64,000 bases of DNA from Blastocatellia bacterium (GTDB lineage Bacteria > Acidobacteriota > Blastocatellia > UBA7656), in contig CAVXWP010000017.1 in the NCBI GenBank assembly GCA_963765495.1, forward strand, positions 126,735 through 190,734, read 5' to 3'. The notes below the pieces were generated by a model that searched no databases, was not told where the DNA came from, and worked only from the letters and a program-made list of their open reading frames with translations. The position numbers and the translations under genes are program-made. This document shows, piece after piece, positions 51,412 through 59,372 of the stretch. Numbering within the stretch: position 1 is the stretch's first letter; every line of letters begins with the position of its first letter.

Positions 51412-52251
51412 CTATACTTTGCGGAAGAATGCCCCGGGGAGTGAACCGTCGAGCCTTAAGGACGGGTGGTTCACATAGTCAACCTCGTTTTTCATAACCG
51501 AAAGCAATCCGCCGCGCCTGAGCACGCCCGCGATTCTCTCAATGGTCTGCCTGACGGCGAGCGCGTGAAAATAGATAAGAAGATTATTGCATATTATCAG
51601 GTCGAATTCCGGCTTTACGTTTCTCCAGAACTGCGGATCATATATATTTGCCCGACGAAAAGCCACCATCCTGCGCACTTCGGGGGCAATATCGAATGAC
51701 GTCTCGCGCCCGTTTGTGCCTGCTTCGATAAAGTAATTGTCGCGGATGCGCGAATCGACTCCGCTGATCGTCGAGGCGCGATAGCGCCCCTGACTGGCCG
51801 AGATGATGGCTGACCCGCGCAGGTCCGTAGCGAACAGATTCAGCTTCCAACTCTCCGCCTCGGGCAAAGATTCGCGCAGAAGTATCGCAAGCGAGTAAGG
51901 CTCTTCCCCGGTCGAACAGGCGGCGCTCCATATATCGAACCGGCGCTCGGTTGCCCGCTCATTGATCAAGGCCGGAATGATTTTTTCGCCCAGCGCTCTA
52001 AACTGTTCAGAGTCTCTGAAAAAGCGCGTCTCGCTGTTTGAGACCATCTCGGCCAGGACCTCGAGTTCGCCGGTCGAAGCAATAGCGAGTCGGCAATATG
52101 CCAGCCGGTCAAGTTTTAAGCGGTCGGCTTTTATCGTTATCGCTTCAAGCAATTCGTCGCGCCCGTGTGCGCCGATCTGCCAGCCGAACCGCGCCGCCAG
52201 AGCCTGTTCCAGCGACTTCACATCCGAGTTTGTAGTCTGTCTCGCTGCCAT
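51412..52251 (-). CDS. cheR: CheR-family protein-glutamate O-methyltransferase (orphan)
   Basis: ETRFFRD..QF, IWSAACSTGEEPYSLA and FDLIICNNLLIYF. Confidence 0.88.
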   Translation of the reverse strand: MAARQTTNSDVKSLEQALAARFGWQIGAHGRDELLEAITIKADRLKLDRLAYCRLAIASTGELEVLAEMVSNSETRFFRDSEQFRALGEKIIPALINERATERRFDIWSAACSTGEEPYSLAILLRESLPEAESWKLNLFATDLRGSAIISASQGRYRASTISGVDSRIRDNYFIEAGTNGRETSFDIAPEVRRMVAFRRANIYDPQFWRNVKPEFDLIICNNLLIYFHALAVRQTIERIAGVLRRGGLLSVMKNEVDYVNHPSLRLDGSLPGAFFRKV

Positions 52252-52262
52252 AGGTATGTTGA

Positions 52263-52350
52263 TTCGTAATGCGTGATGCGTGATGCGTGACTATCGGTAA
52301 GATTATTCGGATACGCGAAACCATCTGATTCACGAATCACGCTTCACGCT
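52263..52350. repeat. inverted heptamer (GCGTGAT/ATCACGC) element overlapping the moaC 3' end
   Basis: ttcgtaatgcgtgatgcgtgatgcgtga ... tcacgaatcacgcttcacgcttcac. Confidence 0.75.
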
Positions 52351-52813
52351 TCACTTTATAATCGCCGGAAGTGCCTCCGGTCTTTGATTCGAGCCTTATA
52401 TCGGTTATGACCATAGCCTTGTCAATCGCCTTGCACATATCATAAAGCGTCAGGGCTGTGACTGTTGCAGCCGCAAGCGCTTCCATCTCGACGCCGGTTC
52501 TGGCATCGGTTACGGCGGTGGTGATAATCGCAATGCCGTCGGGGCGTACCTCAAGCTCAACGTCGGCCTTGTTGAGCGATATAGGATGGCAGAGCGGTAT
52601 GAGTTCCGATGTGCGCTTGGCCGCCTGAATCCCCGCTATGCGAGCGATTTCCAGAGGGTCGCCTTTCGGGGTGCGATGCTCTCTTATTGCTTTGATGGTT
52701 TCGGCCTCCATCCGCACAAACGCGCTCGCCACAGCAGTCCTTGTGGTAACGGGTTTGCCGCTGACATCCACCATGCGAGCGCGGCCTTCATCATCTATGT
52801 GAGTAAGAGGCAT
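52337..52813 (-). CDS. moaC: cyclic pyranopterin monophosphate synthase
   Basis: [31 protein letters not shown] and YDMCKA. Confidence 0.96.
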   Translation of the reverse strand: MPLTHIDDEGRARMVDVSGKPVTTRTAVASAFVRMEAETIKAIREHRTPKGDPLEIARIAGIQAAKRTSELIPLCHPISLNKADVELEVRPDGIAIITTAVTDARTGVEMEALAAATVTALTLYDMCKAIDKAMVITDIRLESKTGGTSGDYKVKREA

Positions 52814-52884
52814 GATTGACCCGACAATTAAACACCAGGCGCTTAAATGCGTCCAGTCTTTCTACACTGATCCGCGTTATTTAT

Positions 52885-54087
52885 TCAGAAAGTATTGAGC
52901 GCCATGACTTCAACCGTTTCGCCTTCGCGGGTTTCGCGGGTCTCTTCGTCGACTACTATCAAGGCATTAGCTCGCATGAAAGCGACAAGGTCGGAAGACC
53001 CGCCCCATTTCAGAGGCTCGACCATCGCGCGGCCCTCATCGATAAACAGACGGGCGGGCAGATAACTTCGTCTGCTCGAAGAATCCTTTACCGGACGGGC
53101 AACGACGGCTCTCACTACCGGCAGCAGGGGCGCACTCTCCGATTGAAGCCTTCTTATGGCCGGGCGCACAAAGACATTGAAAGTGACCGAGGTTGAGACC
53201 GGGTTTCCCGGAAGCCCGAAAAACCAGGTCTGATCGCGGCGGGCAAATACGGTAGGCTTCCCCGGTCTGATGCTGACTTTATCAAAATATATTTCGGCAC
53301 CTATCTGGTTGAGCGCAGCCTTGACCAGATCGTAATCGCCCATTGATACGCCGCCCGATGTGATGACTAAATCTCTTCCCTCAGAGGCGCGCGTCAGCGC
53401 ATCAACGGTAGCTTCCAGCGAATCCGATACTGTCCCAAGATTGTCAACCTCTGCGCCCGCGCGTTTCGAATATGAAGCGATGGTGTAGCTGTTTGAATTT
53501 CTTATCTGAGCGCCCGAGGGCTTTCGCCTTACTTCAACCAGTTCGCTACCCGTTGAGAGCACGGCCAGGCGAGGCCGCCGACCGACAAAAACGTCGGCAT
53601 AACCAAACGACGCGAGCACGGCCATTTCGGCCGGACCTATCTCTCGCCCTCGTTCGGCCACCCGTTCGCCCGAGGCTACTTCGCTGGCCTCGGGCGTGAT
53701 GAACTGCCCCGGCTCAACCGGCTCTTTGATGATTACGCTCTGGCCGTCGCTTTCCGTGACCTCGATCTTCTGAACCGCGTCTGCGCCTGTAGGAACGGGG
53801 GCACCTGTGAATATCTTTATCGCTTCGCCCCTGTGAATCTCTCCGGCATAAGCGGCTCCGGCTGCGATCTCGCCAACCACGCGAAGTCGCGCGGGCGCGG
53901 TGGCGGCATCTATTGACCGGAGCGCATATCCATCCATCCTCGCGCGATTGAAGGGAGGAAGAGAGATGTCGGCCAGCACATCTTCCGCGAGAATGCGACC
54001 GTTTGCGGCTTCGAGCGCAACCTGCTCTTCGGAAAGCGGAGTAACCTGACTGAGCACGATAGAGAGCGCCTCATCAACTGTGATCAT
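52885..54087 (-). CDS. moeA: molybdopterin molybdotransferase
   Basis: PPFNRARMDGYA, IFTGAPVP.GAD, STGSEL, TSGGVSMGDYD and GLPGNPVS. Confidence 0.96.
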   Translation of the reverse strand: MITVDEALSIVLSQVTPLSEEQVALEAANGRILAEDVLADISLPPFNRARMDGYALRSIDAATAPARLRVVGEIAAGAAYAGEIHRGEAIKIFTGAPVPTGADAVQKIEVTESDGQSVIIKEPVEPGQFITPEASEVASGERVAERGREIGPAEMAVLASFGYADVFVGRRPRLAVLSTGSELVEVRRKPSGAQIRNSNSYTIASYSKRAGAEVDNLGTVSDSLEATVDALTRASEGRDLVITSGGVSMGDYDLVKAALNQIGAEIYFDKVSIRPGKPTVFARRDQTWFFGLPGNPVSTSVTFNVFVRPAIRRLQSESAPLLPVVRAVVARPVKDSSSRRSYLPARLFIDEGRAMVEPLKWGGSSDLVAFMRANALIVVDEETRETREGETVEVMALNTF

Positions 54088-54168
54088 GGGAGGATATATT
54101 AGTGAATGCCATATGGTAGTACAAGGAGCGCGGCCGTGGCTTGCAATCGGTCCTCACAGGTGATCTGC

Positions 54169-56394
54169 TCAGCGTTTCTGCACTACCATCAAGCTCTTCA
54201 CACACAGAAGCCTGGAGTACTTGCCCGAATTCAGGATTTCGTTGACGAAGGCCACGACGCCGGGGTAATAATCGGCGTAATCGTGAAAGACGACATAGCC
54301 GTCGGGCACAACCCGGTTCTCAAAATGGTAAAAATCGCGCGCGACATTCGTATAGTCGTGCAGGCCATCGATCAGGAGCAGGCTGATGGGTTTGTCCCAT
54401 AACACTTCAAAAGAATGCTTCTGGATAATCTCGACCGTGTTTGATAGACCCGCTTCAGAAATGTTGCGTTTGAATTTATGTAGAGTAGGCTCTCCAACAC
54501 TTATTTGCTGATCCAACGCTCCGACGACTCCGTCATGCGGGTCTATGGCATAGACCCTTGTTTTCGGAGAGATAGATCGGGCAACGCTTCCAAGGACGAT
54601 GGTCGAACGCCCGCAGTAGCTGCCAATCTCAACAATCGCGTGTGGCTCGGCGAGATGAGAAAGCGCCTTTGCGGTGGCAGAAATCAGCAGGTCGGCCTCC
54701 TCATCTTCGAGCCAGCCCTCAACCTTTCTCATGCTTGCAAGTATGGGGCAGGTCAGGAGAAGGCCCGCATCGCTCTCAGGTTTTGAGATTTCCATGACAT
54801 CTCCCCCGATGGCAGGTTTCACATAGTTGAAGAATTCTTTGCGAATATATTTACGCAACTCATCATCGTAGCAGCGCGGCACGGGATGAACCCAGTAAGC
54901 GCCCGGCCTTTCAAAAGCCTCCTGAATCTGGCGAAGAGTGTAAGAGGCCCGATATTTGACATAAGAGTGATCGCATGGATTGGCAACTATCCGATAACCC
55001 AGCAGGGCTACAAGCGTGGGCAGTATAACCTCTTCGGTCGCCCAAACCCTTGAGCATTTCATTATGGATTGCAACCGCTCGTTTGTGGCGAAGAGTCGTA
55101 TAAGCTCTCGCGCCGCATCCGATAGAAAGACCGTCGAAGGCCAGAAACTCCAGTGCACAAACTTCTCTTCACCCTGCTCAAACTGGTCGAGCAAGGGGCG
55201 CCATAAATCAAACTCTTTCCAGGCCTGCGCGGCGGGAGGAATTCTCGTTGTCTGGGGTTGCGGATCGGGCGCGTTACCGAGCATCCCGACATCTGCCCGG
55301 TCCATTAAATACCGGCCCAGATAATCGGAGTAACCGGACCTTATTCCCAGTTGATCAGAGTCTACGATTGTCAGGCTGTCGAACGGAAGATTATCGACGG
55401 CAAACCGCATGCAATCGAGCGCAAATCCGTGTAGCCATCCCCATCTCATAGGTTGCGGCGAAGGATGAACAAGAACGCCGTCTTGCTCGAATGGAAAGCC
55501 ATCGAGCAGGTTCGGATTTTTGCTTCCGTTATAAAGCAGAATAGTTGAGGCGGGATCGTGATACCTCAGATTTCGCACAAGATCAAAGATACATTCGCGA
55601 CTCTCGTGAACCAGGCAGGCAAAGACGTTGCGTATCGGAGTCGGCTGCGTTTCAGCATCGACCGTATTGATTGAAGCCAAACCCCTGTCGGGATCCTTTA
55701 CGCGACGGTCGTAGAAATCCCAGTCCGGCCCAAGCAGTTTCTTTATCGCAGCAGCCCTGTATCGCCGCCAATAAGCCCCGGTAGTCTCTTTCGGACTGAC
55801 ATTGTTATGATGGATTATCCCTACATGGAAGGTAGAATCGGGCAGTACGATAATACGCTCTGCGCGCCCGCTCCAGACAAAGCGCGCATCCTCTCCTATG
55901 TCAACATCCTCAAATGGATTGCTTTGCCAGGCGGCGCGTCTGTAACAGAGGCTGCTCCCCGACAGCCATAACCTGTGGCCGTCCGGGTAAATGTATTGCC
56001 ACCCGCACGCTTCTTTCAGATCATAAAACAACAGCCGGTTTATGCCGCAAAGATCCGCCTCTGCCCTCGATAGAGCCTCAACCTGATAGCGCAATCGGTG
56101 TGGCGCATGCCAGTCATCGTCGTCCCAATGCGCGATAATCTCTCCTCGTGCCCGCTCACAGGCGAGATTACGTTTCGCGCCGACAGAGATTCGTTCGCTC
56201 AGGTGAAAGTAACGTATGCGTTCATCAAAGGGGATCAGGTCTCTTACAGAGTCGCTGCCGTCATCGATGATAATCAGCTCTTTATCGGGATAGTCCTGGC
56301 GCAAAAAGTACAGGATTGCCTGTGGAACGAATGCGCGCCGATTGTGAGTCGGCATGATGCAGGATACAAGCCTTTGTGCGAAACTGTTGGACAT
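54169..56394 (-). CDS. GT2 glycosyltransferase - unknown domain - class I SAM methyltransferase (Methyltransf_24-like) fusion
   Basis: VSCIMPT.NR, IIIDDG and HWDDDDW at the N-terminus; VEGWL, VEIGSYCGRST, IDGLHDY and FHDY at the C-terminus. Confidence 0.85.
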   Translation of the reverse strand: MSNSFAQRLVSCIMPTHNRRAFVPQAILYFLRQDYPDKELIIIDDGSDSVRDLIPFDERIRYFHLSERISVGAKRNLACERARGEIIAHWDDDDWHAPHRLRYQVEALSRAEADLCGINRLLFYDLKEACGWQYIYPDGHRLWLSGSSLCYRRAAWQSNPFEDVDIGEDARFVWSGRAERIIVLPDSTFHVGIIHHNNVSPKETTGAYWRRYRAAAIKKLLGPDWDFYDRRVKDPDRGLASINTVDAETQPTPIRNVFACLVHESRECIFDLVRNLRYHDPASTILLYNGSKNPNLLDGFPFEQDGVLVHPSPQPMRWGWLHGFALDCMRFAVDNLPFDSLTIVDSDQLGIRSGYSDYLGRYLMDRADVGMLGNAPDPQPQTTRIPPAAQAWKEFDLWRPLLDQFEQGEEKFVHWSFWPSTVFLSDAARELIRLFATNERLQSIMKCSRVWATEEVILPTLVALLGYRIVANPCDHSYVKYRASYTLRQIQEAFERPGAYWVHPVPRCYDDELRKYIRKEFFNYVKPAIGGDVMEISKPESDAGLLLTCPILASMRKVEGWLEDEEADLLISATAKALSHLAEPHAIVEIGSYCGRSTIVLGSVARSISPKTRVYAIDPHDGVVGALDQQISVGEPTLHKFKRNISEAGLSNTVEIIQKHSFEVLWDKPISLLLIDGLHDYTNVARDFYHFENRVVPDGYVVFHDYADYYPGVVAFVNEILNSGKYSRLLCVKSLMVVQKR

Positions 56395-56453
56395 CTATCT
56401 AAAACGTATCGCTGGCCCTGAGTCATCGGAGCGAACCGGCTCCGTTACCGAGA

Positions 56454-58115
56454 TTATGTAGCCCCCGTACGGCACTTCTCATAGAGTTCTATCAGAGGCA
56501 GGATGACGGCTCCCATCTTCTCCAGATACCTGATGTTTTCATCCTGCAAGTCGTATAGATTGGAAGCATGTTTTACAAACTCATCCAGGTCCTTTCGCGT
56601 GCACTTTAACTCGTGAATCCCCGGCTCGATATTATTCAGGTCCTCGCCGAGCAGGTTCGCAGAATTTTGAGGCAGGGCAAACAGCTTTGTATCGACATGC
56701 AAAACGCCCAGCGGGAATTCCCCCTTCTTGCCGTAGTTTCGGATAAGCGGGATAGCGATATAGGAGAGATAATCGATCTTTTGCAGCCCTCGCGGTTGAT
56801 CTACTTCGCTGGGACTTTTGCCATCGACATAGTCCTGGGTACGGAACTTCTTGAACCTGTCCCTATCCATCACAATCGTCTGCCTGACGGTTAAGGCGAG
56901 ACCCGCGATGCTTCCAAAGTATGGGAACGCTTTCTTGTATTCGCCGGGGGCAACAATGTATTCGAGCGTGTCGTTCCATCTCATCGAAACCGCAACGCGA
57001 AACATCTTCGCCTCGATCTTACCCTTTTTATCATCATTATCGGAGAGCCTGCGGTATTTCACTGTGAAGGTATCATCGTCACGCGGCGCGGGAGGCGATA
57101 AGAGCCCTTCGCTGCTGAGTTTAGATTGTTCGCTTTCGATGGAAACAAGCTCGCAGTATATCATCGGAGACCCGGCGGCAGGCGGCGATGACATTAGTAT
57201 AGGTGGCGGGGATTTTGGAGGCGATGTCATTGGAAGATCTCCGTTTCGCTCTGTCCTTTTCTTATGATCGAGCTTTCTCGCATACTCCGACTTGATCACT
57301 TCTATATAGGCCGCAAGCGTGTTTACCAGCCCGCTCTTTGCATAGTCAGTATCTTCCTGAAAGTTCTTCAAAAAATAACCATCAATGGTCTTTGCCTTGT
57401 CGCTGCCATAAAGAAAATCGATGATCGCGCGAGAGGTGATCGATTGCGTAGAGCTGTAATGGGCGGTCAGGAAGGCAAAGCTTATAAGGTTTATCGCTCC
57501 CGAAAGGGTGAAGCCCAGTGCGTAGTAGGCGAAGGTTGTAAGCGGGTCCAGCTTCCACGCAGGATTTCCTGAATTACTTCCTATATCTCCTAAAAAGGTG
57601 GCCAGAAAGGCCGATCCGAAGACCGCCGTGAGACTGGTTATAAAATCTTTTTGCTCTTTTGACCAGTTTCGCACTATGAAAAAACCTAGAATCACCCCGA
57701 GAAAAAAGAGGCTGACCAGCAACCATTCATGCGGAGCATCAATCAATCGGAATTCAGACCACAGCCAAGCAAGCGCAGCCCGATAATCGTAGATCAGGGC
57801 GCCGAGCCCGTATGCGAGGACGAATATGGAGAACCGCCCCCAGCGATGATCGAAACTCAACTGCCTGAACCGGTCGGGCCTGACTACCAGAAGAACAAAA
57901 AGGATCAAAAGAAAGGCTACTATGAATATCCAGCTTCCGGTCCCCTCCTGCCAGACCCCGGTCGCCAAAGGCAATATCGCAGCGATGAACCCAAGCAGGA
58001 ATGCCACCTGCTTTCTAAACGGCAGAACAGTCTCTCTATAAAACCAGCGTCTAATAGTTTCCAACATTTTAAGCCACCATCCCTTCAATTTAAGCCACCA
58101 TCTCATCAATCGCAT
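56454..58115 (-). CDS. polytopic membrane protein with a GAF-like C-terminal region
   Basis: About 6-7 hydrophobic helices in the first 220 aa; C-terminal GSIAG.A...YLSYIAIPL...LGVLHVDT is GAF-like. Confidence 0.7.
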   Translation of the reverse strand: MRLMRWWLKLKGWWLKMLETIRRWFYRETVLPFRKQVAFLLGFIAAILPLATGVWQEGTGSWIFIVAFLLILFVLLVVRPDRFRQLSFDHRWGRFSIFVLAYGLGALIYDYRAALAWLWSEFRLIDAPHEWLLVSLFFLGVILGFFIVRNWSKEQKDFITSLTAVFGSAFLATFLGDIGSNSGNPAWKLDPLTTFAYYALGFTLSGAINLISFAFLTAHYSSTQSITSRAIIDFLYGSDKAKTIDGYFLKNFQEDTDYAKSGLVNTLAAYIEVIKSEYARKLDHKKRTERNGDLPMTSPPKSPPPILMSSPPAAGSPMIYCELVSIESEQSKLSSEGLLSPPAPRDDDTFTVKYRRLSDNDDKKGKIEAKMFRVAVSMRWNDTLEYIVAPGEYKKAFPYFGSIAGLALTVRQTIVMDRDRFKKFRTQDYVDGKSPSEVDQPRGLQKIDYLSYIAIPLIRNYGKKGEFPLGVLHVDTKLFALPQNSANLLGEDLNNIEPGIHELKCTRKDLDEFVKHASNLYDLQDENIRYLEKMGAVILPLIELYEKCRTGAT

Positions 58116-58389
58116 GCCTTGTAAATTGCGAGGTCAGGACAAACCGCTTTATCCTTGAATAGTTCTCTGCTCTTTAATCAGAACCGCACCCAGGCTAAGA
58201 ATATTATTATGTGGGAATTCCCTGAACCGCTGATCGTAAAAATGCGCCTATGTTATACTGATAACCTTCGCGACTGTCAAGATCGGAGTTTCGACGGCTA
58301 AAAGCAGAGAGATTTGCCGGGGTTGGGAGACCATCAGGTAGTTTCGGGACCCTCGTTTTTAGGATCAGGCAGGCGGTTTATGCCGTTGA

Positions 58390-59025
58390 TTATGAGGCAA
58401 GCTCTTTTATCCGGGCCAGATTCTGCGCGAGATTATCATCATAGATACCGTAGCCTTGCAATTCGGCCACTGCGGCTGCAACCCGTTCGGTTGCCTCTTT
58501 TAGCTCAATCACGTTGCCTGAGTGTTCGAGTCGCGGAATCCCTTTTCTTACGGCAATGGCATACTCGAGAGTGCATCCATTGCTGTATTCCCACCCTTCG
58601 TTCAGCCACATCTCATAAACCTTCTTGAGGATGACCCGCTCCCACAGATAATGGTAGTGTTCCTGTTCGAATCCGGGACCGATGAATGGCCCAGGATTGA
58701 TGAGATTTTCAACCCCGCGCTGCCGCAGGGTCTCTGTAAACCGACAGCCTCTTTCGATATTCTTTCTTATCAAATCATCCATGACCTGAGCGTAAGGGCC
58801 TTCTCCGAGCATCTCCTTCAACTCCGCTCTCGAATGCGCGCCGTACTGCCTCAATAACCTGTATAACCCTTTACCTGTAGTGACATCGCTGCTGCAATAG
58901 ACTCCCTTATTGTCCGGGACCACGCAGTCGAAGGCTTTTATCACCATCTCGATCTCATCCGTCACCGGACGGTTTCGAAATTCTTTGATTTCAAAATCGG
59001 GCGTGCAATAGTAAACATGCTCCAT
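58390..59025 (-). CDS. nucleoside 2-deoxyribosyltransferase-like / DUF4406-like protein
   Basis: VYCSS..T.G, INP and LNEGWEYSNGCTLEY.IA..GIP match the YISG..TG...NP...GWE.S.G...E pattern of the NDT-like Rossmann family. Confidence 0.7.
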   Translation of the reverse strand: MEHVYYCTPDFEIKEFRNRPVTDEIEMVIKAFDCVVPDNKGVYCSSDVTTGKGLYRLLRQYGAHSRAELKEMLGEGPYAQVMDDLIRKNIERGCRFTETLRQRGVENLINPGPFIGPGFEQEHYHYLWERVILKKVYEMWLNEGWEYSNGCTLEYAIAVRKGIPRLEHSGNVIELKEATERVAAAVAELQGYGIYDDNLAQNLARIKELAS

Positions 59026-59048
59026 ACCTGTCTCCAAACCCTATTCTA

Positions 59049-59339
59049 ACGTGAGTTCGACCTAAGCAAGAAAGGAATCCTTGAGATATGATTGATTCGC
59101 CTGAAAAACAAATCTTTCCATCTCAAGGAGTTCCTATGAATAATGAGATTCTACCTCTTTTCTCTGACATTGACGATTTCTGCCCGCACTTCGAGCCCAG
59201 CTATAAATCTACACTTCTCGAATCTGGCTCTCTCAAAAGACAGCGCAACTCTTCTTTGGCTCTGAGCGAAGTGATGACTATCATCGTCTGGTTTCAGCAA
59301 TCCAGCTTTCGTACCTTCAAAGATTTCTATCTCAAATAA
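59049..59339 (+). mobile_element. truncated IS982-family element (left end plus N-terminal transposase fragment)
   Basis: Begins ACGTGAGTTCG. The ORF LFSDIDDFC...KRQR...LALSEVMTIIVWFQQSSFRTFKDFY is the IS982 transposase N-terminus, stopping at 59339. Confidence 0.8.
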
Positions 59340-59372
59340 GAGAATATCCGTTTCCGGCATACTGTTTTGCAA

